From positions 1-32,162 of the IMG/VR virus record IMGVR_UViG_3300032231_000014: a stretch of DNA of 32,162 nucleotides; one strand, 5' to 3'. The stretch comes from a virus. Its lineage: Duplodnaviria; Caudoviricetes. A program made the translations under genes and the position numbers. Under the pieces are notes generated by a model that saw only the letters and a program-made list of their open reading frames with translations, did no database searches and was not told the DNA's origin. Positions 19,249 to 26,661 of the stretch are shown here, in pieces (the first letter of the stretch is position 1; each line of letters begins with the position of its first letter).

Positions 19249-19779
19249 TTAGATTTTCCCGTGCGCGGCAGTGAACGCTGTGCAGATCAGCGCTCGCCTG
19301 CGAATTCGGCCAATAGAGGGGCGAACTCCGTGAAGGATTTTCCCATCGACCAGCACACCGAAAGTCGGGATACACGAGATGGTGTGAATTTCGTTCGCTA
19401 CGTCGTCGTGGACGGTCGTCTCGCCACCCTCTTCAGGACAGGAGACGTAGAAGATCAGTGTGCGTCCATGGTCCCAGCCATGACGATGCGGGAAGCCCTG
19501 CACCCAGTTGCGAGTGGCGTCGGTGCGACTCTGCTCGTCGAGGACTGAGATCCACCACTTGTAGCCTGACGCCGGGTAGCCCAGCTCCTTGAACACGGAC
19601 TTGGCCCAATCCTCGAAGCCAAGCTCTTTGGGCGGCGGGCGCTCCATAGTGTGGGCACCCTGCACTCGATCATTGTTGATCTTGGCCCACTCTTCGTCGA
19701 TGTAGTTAGCCATAGCCTGCAGAGGAGCGTCGTCCCAACGCACCTCGGTGTAGAGCGGAGTTGCCTTCACCAGTTCCAT
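19249..19779 (-). CDS. Putative 2OG-Fe(II) oxygenase (DSBH fold, HxH variant)
   Basis: PHRH...TLIFYV...EGGET...LVDGKILHGV...RRAL: metal ligands, GG motif, distal His and 2OG-binding Arg. Confidence 0.72.
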   Translation of the reverse strand: MELVKATPLYTEVRWDDAPLQAMANYIDEEWAKINNDRVQGAHTMERPPPKELGFEDWAKSVFKELGYPASGYKWWISVLDEQSRTDATRNWVQGFPHRHGWDHGRTLIFYVSCPEEGGETTVHDDVANEIHTISCIPTFGVLVDGKILHGVRPSIGRIRRRALICTAFTAAHGKI

Positions 19780-19837
19780 ATCGAAGTCCTGTCGAAAGAG
19801 TGCGGGGGCACGTCATGTGCCCCCTGTCTCTGTTAGC

Positions 19838-20530
19838 TCAGGTAGTCCCTCCCTGAGGCGCATCGGCGCTCTTCAGTCCCTCACCCTCATCCACGTCGAT
19901 CTCGTCGGACCCGGTGAGCGTGTAAGCCCTCGGGTTCGCGTCCATCGTGCTGGCATACATGGCAGTGGCGTTTGCGACCGTCTTCATGGTCTGCCCCCTC
20001 ATGCCGGGTGAGAAAGACATTTTGAGTCCAGAGAAGCCTTCCAGTGCGGCCTTCCCCTCCAGACCTTCCATGAGGTACGTGAACAGCCACCTGTGCTGCG
20101 CCTGCTGGTGAGCGATCAGCTCGTCCAGTTTGGCCTTGGTGTACTCAGTGCTCGCGTTCTCTTGCCCGTCAGTGTGGATGATCATCTGCACTGGCCGGCT
20201 GTTGAACTGGAACTTACTGATCACGGCACCAATGGCATCGTAGAGCGGAGTCATGGCGTTGGGGACATAGTCCCTCTCGCTCAGGCGCTTCACTCTGGCT
20301 GGGCTCTCCTTGAAGAGCTTCTCCCTGATGCCGGTGCTGTCGAACGTGTAGAGACTGATGCTCTTGGCGGTCTCCTTCACGTCAGCCACGTACTCATTGA
20401 ATGTAGACACAACGGCCGACTGATGTGGTTGCATCGAGCCGGACTCGTCGAGCACGAATACCACGTCCGGGTGGACGATGGTCTCGGGCCGCAACGGTGC
20501 GCCTATCGGATCGTTGACGATGTCTATCAT
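19838..20530 (-). CDS. von Willebrand factor A (vWA) domain protein
   Basis: MIDAS DxSxS (FVLDESGSM), TPLYDAI, HTDGQENAS; start refined to ATG 20530 with GAGGA SD (230 aa). Confidence 0.85.
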   Translation of the reverse strand: MIDIVNDPIGAPLRPETIVHPDVVFVLDESGSMQPHQSAVVSTFNEYVADVKETAKSISLYTFDSTGIREKLFKESPARVKRLSERDYVPNAMTPLYDAIGAVISKFQFNSRPVQMIIHTDGQENASTEYTKAKLDELIAHQQAQHRWLFTYLMEGLEGKAALEGFSGLKMSFSPGMRGQTMKTVANATAMYASTMDANPRAYTLTGSDEIDVDEGEGLKSADAPQGGTT

Positions 20531-20531
20531 C

Positions 20532-21062
20532 TCAGTTTCCTCGTTGCAGGTTTGCGGGTACTTGCTGGGCCACCAATGCAACTCTTGGTGATCCCTCCCA
20601 GTTGTGGAAGCCGTGTTCCAGCTTCCCGTCGAACACCACAGTCAGCCCCTTGTGAGGTCTCACTACACAGGGCTGATCGAGCGGCTCTCCCCAGACGACA
20701 AGCGGAGCGCCCGCGCCGGGTTCGAGGTAATGCACGATAGACCTGTAGGCATAACCGTGAGTGTGCGGATAACCGTCTGCCCATGCTGTCTCGGGCAGGC
20801 CGGCCATGTGTTTGGTGACCACTGCGTAGAGGTTGATCTCTCCCACCTCTGGGTACGGACCCAGCACCTGCAGGACGTGCTGACGAAACGCGCTCATTGC
20901 CGGCCCGTCCCAGTGGTCAATCACGCAGCTCCCGGGGGAGTTGATGATCGGCACGTGCTCCTGCCTGACCTTGGACATGAGGTCGCCCCACGCATACGCC
21001 GGATAGTCCCACTCGTGAGTGGTTACCATCATCTTGGCATCATGGTAGGGCGCTATGTCCAT
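20532..21062 (-). CDS. Putative 2OG-Fe(II) oxygenase (DSBH fold, HxH variant), paralog of 19249-19779
   Basis: PHTH...SIVHYL...GLTVVFDGKLEHG...RVAL. Confidence 0.7.
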   Translation of the reverse strand: MDIAPYHDAKMMVTTHEWDYPAYAWGDLMSKVRQEHVPIINSPGSCVIDHWDGPAMSAFRQHVLQVLGPYPEVGEINLYAVVTKHMAGLPETAWADGYPHTHGYAYRSIVHYLEPGAGAPLVVWGEPLDQPCVVRPHKGLTVVFDGKLEHGFHNWEGSPRVALVAQQVPANLQRGN

Positions 21063-21316
21063 CAGCCGTTGATGTCCGTCTTGACCCGGCCAGTGCCGAG
21101 AACGTCGCCGTCCTCATCCACCAGTCCCACCTCGCGCACAACCTGCACCTCGCGAGAGTCGCCCAGCAGAACCTCACCAGCGACAGCGGGCACCCCGTCA
21201 TCAAGCTCAATTGACCACGCCCTCGCGCCCTCATGGCGGGTTAGCAGGTTGATCACGTTGCCGACATCCTTGTGCACTCCCTGCACGTTGCCGTCTATCA
21301 CTACGATGTAGCTCAT
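21062..21316 (-). CDS. Hypothetical protein
   Basis: 84 aa; coupled on both sides. Confidence 0.6.
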   Translation of the reverse strand: MSYIVVIDGNVQGVHKDVGNVINLLTRHEGARAWSIELDDGVPAVAGEVLLGDSREVQVVREVGLVDEDGDVLGTGRVKTDING

Positions 21317-21441
21317 CGCGGTATCACCTTGTTCCTGATCTCATCCCACAGGTTGCGAGCCCAATCAGGCTTCTCGCACACAACCCACCCAGTGCCGAAG
21401 CCTGCCGCGAAGGACAGGCCGACAATCAGCATCGTGCTCAT
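21313..21441 (-). CDS. Small single-pass membrane protein
   Basis: Hand-translated 42 aa MSTMLIVGLSFAAGFGTGWVVCEKPDWARNLWDEIRNKVIPR; ATGA overlaps at both ends. Confidence 0.6.
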   Translation of the reverse strand: MSTMLIVGLSFAAGFGTGWVVCEKPDWARNLWDEIRNKVIPR

Positions 21442-21707
21442 GCGGCAGCCGGGGGCGCGTCGTCACCGCCCGTCGCCTCTGTGTCAGTCGAGGGTTGGTC
21501 GGAAGATGGGGAGCCATCCTCGACTGTATCTGGCTCTCCGTCCTTTGGCGCTTCACCAGCCGGTGCCGGCACCTCAGACAGCACGGTCAGCCCGCCAGCG
21601 AACATCGCCTTGAACTGCTCCTTGGCGTCGTACTTGCTCTCAGCCTCGACCACTTCTTCCATGGCTTCGCCTGCTTCACCATATCCCTTTCCCTTGAAGT
21701 AGGGCAT
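21438..21707 (-). CDS. Hypothetical protein with acidic low-complexity tail
   Basis: 89 aa from ATG 21707 with AAGGAG SD. Confidence 0.6.
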   Translation of the reverse strand: MPYFKGKGYGEAGEAMEEVVEAESKYDAKEQFKAMFAGGLTVLSEVPAPAGEAPKDGEPDTVEDGSPSSDQPSTDTEATGGDDAPPAAA

Positions 21708-21708
21708 C

Positions 21709-21807
21709 TCATCTTCTCCTTTGGCCAATCGGCCTCTCACGTTGTGACGCTGGCCGCCCTACCGCATTCAAGCGGCGACGCCCAGCCTCGATTTCTTCTG
21801 CGCTCAT
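21709..21807 (-). CDS. Small basic peptide
   Basis: 32 aa MSAEEIEAGRRRLNAVG...; ATGA overlap with the upstream ORF and fills the gap exactly. Confidence 0.4.
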   Translation of the reverse strand: MSAEEIEAGRRRLNAVGRPASQRERPIGQRRR

Positions 21808-22034
21808 GTCTTTTGGGTAGACCCATGGCTTTCGTCCACCACAAGTAGAGCAGGTCTCATCCCATACAGTTCTTCTATCTCCGCACCCGACACAGTACGC
21901 GGGCTCCTCTCCGTTGTTATGTCGAACGCCAGCCTCTGGAACCCCTCCATGCCGAGCCTGTTGATCAGCTCCTTCTGCCATTCCGGTAGCGGCTCCCCGC
22001 TCACCATCTCCAAGTAAGCCGTCAGCTCCATCAT
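21804..22034 (-). CDS. Mini-protein with terminase/helicase-like Q-motif and Walker B fragments
   Basis: 76 aa; GEPLPEWQKELI and GMRPALLVVDESH; ATGA-coupled. Confidence 0.6.
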   Translation of the reverse strand: MMELTAYLEMVSGEPLPEWQKELINRLGMEGFQRLAFDITTERSPRTVSGAEIEELYGMRPALLVVDESHGSTQKT

Positions 22035-22645
22035 GAGTACGAGAGGGACGCTCTATTGTCCCAGATATTGTCGAAGTTAGTATTGCCGTCCGCCCACTCC
22101 GTTGCGAGGTCATCGTTGCCACCTACGTCTGTCGTCACGGTGATGCGGCTCATGCGCCATACCGCCACGCTTGTCACGCTCCCTGCTGCAGCCTCGCCCT
22201 TGTAGATGATCTGCGGGCTGCCACCCTCATCGTCGATCTGTGTTGCCAGTGTCACTTCACCAATCCTCGAAACGAACGTCCACGTGGTGGGTCCGGTCTT
22301 CTCGTAGATGTCTCCGGCGGTCGTATTGTCCCAATAGGTATCTCCCGGATTTCCAGTCCCCGCACCGGGTGGACCTGCACCCTGAAGAAAGCTGAGCCCA
22401 TCACTGCCATTGACTCCGGGTATGCCGGGTATGCCTTGGCTGCCCTGCTCGCCTGGCTCTCCCTGAGGCCCTGCAGGACCCCGTGGAGGTACTGTGCTGC
22501 CCTCGCCCTCGTCATAGCCCTCCTCATAGGCTCTCCAGCTCCGAGGGACGGTGTCGATGTTGTACGGGTTCTCACGTGGCCTTCCGAACACTCCGTCGTT
22601 GTACCCGGTCTGAAACGCTATACGCTCCTGTCCTGAGTACGCCAT
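22031..22645 (-). CDS. Collagen-like repeat protein with RMF-like N-terminus
   Basis: Gly-X-Y run, then a GxPxxxxGxxGDxYxD..GxxYxK...W motif and a C-terminal YxGEA...VWR...WADG...WDNRASLSY domain. Confidence 0.75.
   Translation of the reverse strand: MAYSGQERIAFQTGYNDGVFGRPRENPYNIDTVPRSWRAYEEGYDEGEGSTVPPRGPAGPQGEPGEQGSQGIPGIPGVNGSDGLSFLQGAGPPGAGTGNPGDTYWDNTTAGDIYEKTGPTTWTFVSRIGEVTLATQIDDEGGSPQIIYKGEAAAGSVTSVAVWRMSRITVTTDVGGNDDLATEWADGNTNFDNIWDNRASLSYS
22397..22480 (-). repeat. Collagen (Gly-X-Y)9 repeat
   Basis: GPAGPQGEPGEQGSQGIPGIPGVNGSDG. Confidence 0.9.
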
Positions 22646-22647
22646 GA

Positions 22648-22839
22648 CTAATTTTCCTGAGCATCAACACTTTGTGGTAACAGCGGCTCCAGTAAGAGCC
22701 TCACTCGCTCTGCTGCCTTCCAGTCGTCGTACAGCCCCCCTCCGCGCTCCACGTCATGGAGCCGCTCCTTGGCCAGCGAGTACAACCTCTGCAGGTCATG
22801 AGAGTCCACCTCTACGGTAGTCTTAGTCGCTGTCGCCAT
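22648..22839 (-). CDS. Hypothetical protein
   Basis: 63 aa ORF filling the operon. Confidence 0.55.
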   Translation of the reverse strand: MATATKTTVEVDSHDLQRLYSLAKERLHDVERGGGLYDDWKAAERVRLLLEPLLPQSVDAQEN

Positions 22840-23044
22840 CTTCGCTCTCTGGTGGTATCAGGATGATCTCTCTTGTCCCGCACTTCATGCACTCGGTCGG
22901 AATGGCCTTGTGCTCCTTTCCCAGCCACGTGGAGTAACTTCGCCCGTCCCACTCTCCGCGTACGCCATCGCTGAGCCCGCACTTATGACAGTCGGCCACC
23001 ACGATATTAGGTCTCTCGTCGCCTTTCTTGCCTATCGCACCCAT
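22823..23044 (-). CDS. Zinc-ribbon protein
   Basis: CHKC...CMKC pairs; TGATG coupling. Confidence 0.6.
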   Translation of the reverse strand: MGAIGKKGDERPNIVVADCHKCGLSDGVRGEWDGRSYSTWLGKEHKAIPTECMKCGTREIILIPPESEDGDSD

Positions 23045-23328
23045 CAGCTCACCTTCACCCGCAGCCAGCCGGTGGGGCCTGGTATGTCTGGGCTGGCCGG
23101 CAGTGTGAATACCCTGGCTGCCACGTTCTCCTTGGTCGCCCGCATCGAGTCAGCAAGCGCCTTACCCATGGCGTCTGAGTACGCCTCTCGGTCATAGGGG
23201 ATCGTTGCGCCCTCTCTCTTGGGTTGAGCCATGCCGAACAGTGCCACGCCGTCGTCATTCACACGGCCCTTGAGCACCCCAGCCACAGCCATGACGCTCA
23301 CACCACGCAGAAATCCTCGCCTATTCAT
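23044..23328 (-). CDS. Twin-arginine-motif mini-protein containing major-capsid-like segments
   Basis: MNRRGFL + hydrophobic stretch; KREGATIPYD and KALADSMRATKE match the window's MCP. Confidence 0.7.
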   Translation of the reverse strand: MNRRGFLRGVSVMAVAGVLKGRVNDDGVALFGMAQPKREGATIPYDREAYSDAMGKALADSMRATKENVAARVFTLPASPDIPGPTGWLRVKVS

Positions 23329-23915
23329 CGGTCCACACTCTCGTCCCAGTCAAATTCCGGCAGATCGAGCGGCGTCTCTCTCACCTTCGTGATCGAACCC
23401 TGCGGGCCTATCGTGTCAGGAGCCACAAATCCCGGCCACAACTGGACCTCCCTGCCATCAGGGAGCTGCGCCCTCACTGAGAAATCGTCCTTTCCCCCCT
23501 TGCCCTCCACATTCTCTACAGAGCATGTCTCTTCCATATCGACCCGCTGGTGTGTCTTGGAGCCGGGGATGCTGTGGATCGAGACCGCATCCTGAGCACC
23601 TTCGACAACAATCCACTCGGTCAGGCTGCCCTCTGCGCGCTTCCTGTTGCTCCATGATGCCCTCGCGGTCATGCGTACGTGGCGTTGCTGGGTCTCGAAG
23701 TCCTTCCACTGCTGGGTCTGGGGCCTTCTACGCCACATGGCGATGGCTGGCTTCTGCCCTTCCACGCGCTCCGTGAGCTGGTGCACAAACTCCGCCAGAT
23801 GCTCATCGGTGTACTCGGTGGGATCGACATCACACACCGCCGTGAAACCGCAGTAGCCGTCCTCAACCTGAGGATCGCCCGCCGCTATGTACCTGATTGC
23901 CAGCCCGTAGATCAT
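23325..23915 (-). CDS. Hypothetical protein
   Basis: 196 aa; ATGA overlaps at both ends. Confidence 0.65.
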   Translation of the reverse strand: MIYGLAIRYIAAGDPQVEDGYCGFTAVCDVDPTEYTDEHLAEFVHQLTERVEGQKPAIAMWRRRPQTQQWKDFETQQRHVRMTARASWSNRKRAEGSLTEWIVVEGAQDAVSIHSIPGSKTHQRVDMEETCSVENVEGKGGKDDFSVRAQLPDGREVQLWPGFVAPDTIGPQGSITKVRETPLDLPEFDWDESVDR

Positions 23916-24067
23916 TTCCGCTTCTTCCCTCTGCGCTCATGCTTGCCGGTAACCGGCCTGTCCGGGTGCTGCGAATTGTAGATGCGCGCCGCCTTGGTCT
24001 TTGCGGCCTTGCTGCTCATCCCCTCGGAAATGAACTTGTCGCGCATCTTCTCGTAGCCGCGTGGCAT
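23912..24067 (-). CDS. Small basic protein
   Basis: Hand-translated 51 aa MPRGYEKMRDKFISEGMSSKAAKTKAARIYNSQHP...; coupled on both sides. Confidence 0.65.
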   Translation of the reverse strand: MPRGYEKMRDKFISEGMSSKAAKTKAARIYNSQHPDRPVTGKHERRGKKRK

Positions 24068-24270
24068 TAGCCCTTCTTCTCTCGACCACGGCCCATAGCA
24101 TGTCTCACGCCTGCCATGTCCACCCCACCAGTGGATGAATGCTTGCTGCCACCGCGCTCAGCCCGCTCTCTCGATGCCGGCTTGGCCTTGGCCTTGGCCT
24201 TCTTGCCGCGCTTGGCTGCTGCAGTGCCTGCGCCTTGATCAAACTGCCCAAACTCTCTCTGTCTACTCAA
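24067..24270 (-). CDS. Lys/Arg/Ala-rich small protein
   Basis: TTG start overlapping the upstream TGA; 67 aa, KRGKKAKAKAKP. Confidence 0.5.
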   Translation of the reverse strand: MSRQREFGQFDQGAGTAAAKRGKKAKAKAKPASRERAERGGSKHSSTGGVDMAGVRHAMGRGREKKG

Positions 24271-24533
24271 TGACTTATGCTCCCCGCTGGAATTACGATT
24301 TTGCTGCCGGTCTCGGCCTCCATCTTCTCCCTGTGAGCGTTGTCCACCATGCCTTTCAGGACGTTGTACATCTGCCACACCGCATACTGCGCTGGCGTCA
24401 TATCCTCCGTCTTCTGCGGAACCGGGTCGTCCTCACCCAGCCCGAAATCAAAAGCGAACTCGAAATGCGTGTCGTCGGGCTCAGCGCCCTCTGGCAGATC
24501 GAGGTCATTCACCATCAGGTAGCAGCGCGGCAT
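24267..24533 (-). CDS. Hypothetical protein
   Basis: 88 aa from ATG 24533 (TGATG coupling), MPRCYLMVNDLD...MTPAQYAV. Confidence 0.6.
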   Translation of the reverse strand: MPRCYLMVNDLDLPEGAEPDDTHFEFAFDFGLGEDDPVPQKTEDMTPAQYAVWQMYNVLKGMVDNAHREKMEAETGSKIVIPAGSISH

Positions 24534-24751
24534 CAGGGGTTCACCGCCGACCTTGAGAGATCCACCTTGCTCCCTCCCACCAGCCGGCCCACGCTCCCAT
24601 CCGAGCGAAGGCTCTTCCTGCCCGGCGGCAGAGACAGCATGTGTAGCTGGAAATTCCTTGCAAATTCGCGCTCTGATGGGGTGCTGTCTTCGATGCACGA
24701 CGGACAGATGCTCCTGTTCGTCGGTCCCAGACACATGTTGCATTCGTTCAT
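24533..24751 (-). CDS. Zinc-finger-like small protein
   Basis: CNMC...CPSC; ATGA overlap with the terS stop. Confidence 0.55.
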   Translation of the reverse strand: MNECNMCLGPTNRSICPSCIEDSTPSEREFARNFQLHMLSLPPGRKSLRSDGSVGRLVGGSKVDLSRSAVNP

Positions 24752-25317
24752 GCTGCCTCCGTTGCTGTGCTGTCGATGGCCTTCCGGTCCATCGCTCTCT
24801 CCATGAGCGAGGCGATCTCGTCCAGCTCGTCCTGCTCCATCTCCTCGAACGGGTTGCCCTTGCTCTTGGCTCCGTCCTTGGCTCCGATCCCGTAGTGCTC
24901 ACCCAGCCTGCCGAGAGCCGCCATCTTGTCGTGGAACTCGTAGGTGAACTCCTGCACCACCTCGCCCTCATCGTTGGGGCGCATGGTGCGGATGTTGATT
25001 TTGCTGATGGCCATCTTCTGCTGCTCGGTCAGCTCCTCTGGGGGCTTGGCGACGTACACGCCATCAACGATCTTGAAGTAGCTGTCCACCCGGTTCAGGG
25101 CTATGGCTGCCAGCTCGGTCAGAACCCGGCCAGTGTCGAGCACCATCTGCTCTTGAGCCCGCTCCATCAGCCAGTTGATCTGCTCCTGAACGTGCGGTCG
25201 GCGCAGGATGGACGCGCCGTTGCTCTGCGGGCTCTTGAACCCGGCTGCCTTGGCTGCCTTGGAAGCGTTGCGCTCCTTCACATACGCCATGCAGAAAGCC
25301 AGCTCACGAGTGTTCAA
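24748..25317 (-). CDS. terS: Terminase small subunit
   Basis: FCxxYxxxxNASKAAxAAGF...LxxPxVxxxI...RVLxELAAIA...DKMAALxxLGxHxG pattern of the Terminase_2-type TerS. Confidence 0.88.
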   Translation of the reverse strand: MNTRELAFCMAYVKERNASKAAKAAGFKSPQSNGASILRRPHVQEQINWLMERAQEQMVLDTGRVLTELAAIALNRVDSYFKIVDGVYVAKPPEELTEQQKMAISKINIRTMRPNDEGEVVQEFTYEFHDKMAALGRLGEHYGIGAKDGAKSKGNPFEEMEQDELDEIASLMERAMDRKAIDSTATEAA

Positions 25318-25541
25318 TGAACCCTCCTGAGCGCCACGTGATTGAGAAGCCTGATGTAATCGTCATCCTCCCGGAGCCTGTACTGCAGCAGTTGTGGCCG
25401 AACCTCTTCCAGCTCGTACGTCCCGACCAGTTCGCGATGGATTTCCTGACCCATCAGCCGCTCAGGCCAAGGCTCCTCCAACTCCGCGTCGAAAATCTGC
25501 CCGCTCATTGGGCCACCAACGATGAACAGACCAACCCTCAT
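25314..25541 (-). CDS. Hypothetical protein
   Basis: 75 aa from ATG 25541 (avoids overlap with the promoter); IVGGPMSGQ motif; stop overlaps the terS TTG. Confidence 0.55.
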   Translation of the reverse strand: MRVGLFIVGGPMSGQIFDAELEEPWPERLMGQEIHRELVGTYELEEVRPQLLQYRLREDDDYIRLLNHVALRRVH

Positions 25542-25571
25542 GGAGAGACAGCGTAACATGCACGAAAAGTG

Positions 25572-25627
25572 TTGACACGGCTTCCAAGGGAAGCTACATT
25601 CCAGCGTATCCGGCTTCCATCGGAAGC
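25572..25627 (+). promoter_or_regulatory. Sigma70 promoter P1 with two GCTTCC-N3-GGAAGC operators
   Basis: TTGACA 25572-25577, 17 nt, TACATT 25595-25600; palindromes at 25580-25594 and 25613-25627. Confidence 0.8.
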
Positions 25628-25650
25628 TCGCTAACCAAGAGGAACCTGCA

Positions 25651-26130
25651 ATGCAGACCAAGGAATACTACGAGAGCCAGATCCGCTTTCACGAGGAAGA
25701 GATCAGGCGAAACGAAGAGCGCATCCGCAACTCGCGCCAAGCCATTGCCGATAACCAAAGGCGCGTCGCTGAGCTGGAGCGTGAGGAGCAGTCAGACGCC
25801 TTCTGGGACAAGTACGACCCCGACGGCGAGGTCAAGGGGCTCGTCGAGCACACCATACGACGAATGGAAGAGCGCCCGTCCATGGTCCACAAGCATGATC
25901 GCGGATCAGCCAGCACTCTCATCTCAGCAAGCCGTGGCCGCCTGTCACGCAATCTCGAACGTCAATTCGGGGAGCACCAGAGCGTCAACCTCATCCAACA
26001 AGCTCTGCTGTTCTCCTGCCAGAACATCCTCCGCGATGACCCTACCGTCCCGGCTCCAGCATGGCGCAACAAGGTCTACTCTCTGCTGATCAAAAAGCAG
26101 GAAGAGCGCCGGGCCAAGGAGGGCGCGTAA
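25651..26130 (+). CDS. Hypothetical early protein with N-terminal coiled coil
   Basis: 159 aa; GAGGA SD; first gene after P1. Confidence 0.7.
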   Translation: MQTKEYYESQIRFHEEEIRRNEERIRNSRQAIADNQRRVAELEREEQSDAFWDKYDPDGEVKGLVEHTIRRMEERPSMVHKHDRGSASTLISASRGRLSRNLERQFGEHQSVNLIQQALLFSCQNILRDDPTVPAPAWRNKVYSLLIKKQEERRAKEGA

Positions 26131-26465
26131 TGTGGGAAGGAAACATCAGCGAAGACGGCAAGACGTTCTACGAGCGAAACGGCACCGGGTCTCGTGAGGT
26201 AGTGGAGTTCAGCCCTTCCACGGAGAGAAGGCCCGGAATCCTCGTTACCTATCGAGCCGGAACAAAAGGCTGGTCTGGCCGGGGGGAGCAGAGCTACTAC
26301 CCGGCACGATACACCGTCCACGTCGTGGAGGAGTGTGCACCAACAAGCGGGGCCGGCTACTGGGTCCGATTCAGCGGACGACGCGACCTGCACACCAACC
26401 TGAAGAAGCAGCGCGAGAAAAGGACCAAACAACGTAACAGGCAGCTCGACGCAAACACAGGGTAG
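26130..26465 (+). CDS. Hypothetical protein
   Basis: 111 aa from ATG 26130 (TAATG coupling, GGAGG SD). Confidence 0.65.
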   Translation: MWEGNISEDGKTFYERNGTGSREVVEFSPSTERRPGILVTYRAGTKGWSGRGEQSYYPARYTVHVVEECAPTSGAGYWVRFSGRRDLHTNLKKQREKRTKQRNRQLDANTG

Positions 26466-26495
26466 CTTCCATCGGAAGCCCAAGTGTGATATAAT
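26465..26495 (+). promoter_or_regulatory. Extended -10 promoter P2 with operator
   Basis: GCTTCCATCGGAAGC 26465-26479 over the -35 position; TG-a-TATAAT at 26487-26495. Confidence 0.75.
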
Positions 26496-26544
26496 CGAAT
26501 TTCCCTGACGGGTTGTCCGTCGGCGCTAACAGAGGAACGAACAC

Positions 26545-26661
26545 ATGAAAACTGAAAAGCAGTTGCTCGCGGAAGCATCGCGACGCGAACGAGAGCTGGA
26601 GTACCAGCGACTTGCTCGCCGAGAGAATCTGAGACGCCAGCAAAACAGGGGGCGCACATGA
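26545..26661 (+). CDS. Small basic peptide
   Basis: Hand-translated 38 aa MKTEKQLLAEASRRERELEYQRLARRENLRRQQNRGRT; GAGGA SD; ATGA overlap with the next ORF. Confidence 0.55.
   Translation: MKTEKQLLAEASRRERELEYQRLARRENLRRQQNRGRT

Noticed and set aside
24267-24971. 234 aa ORF as listed in the track
   Set aside because: The upstream part overlaps terS and the zinc-finger ORF; only the portion from ATG 24533 is plausible
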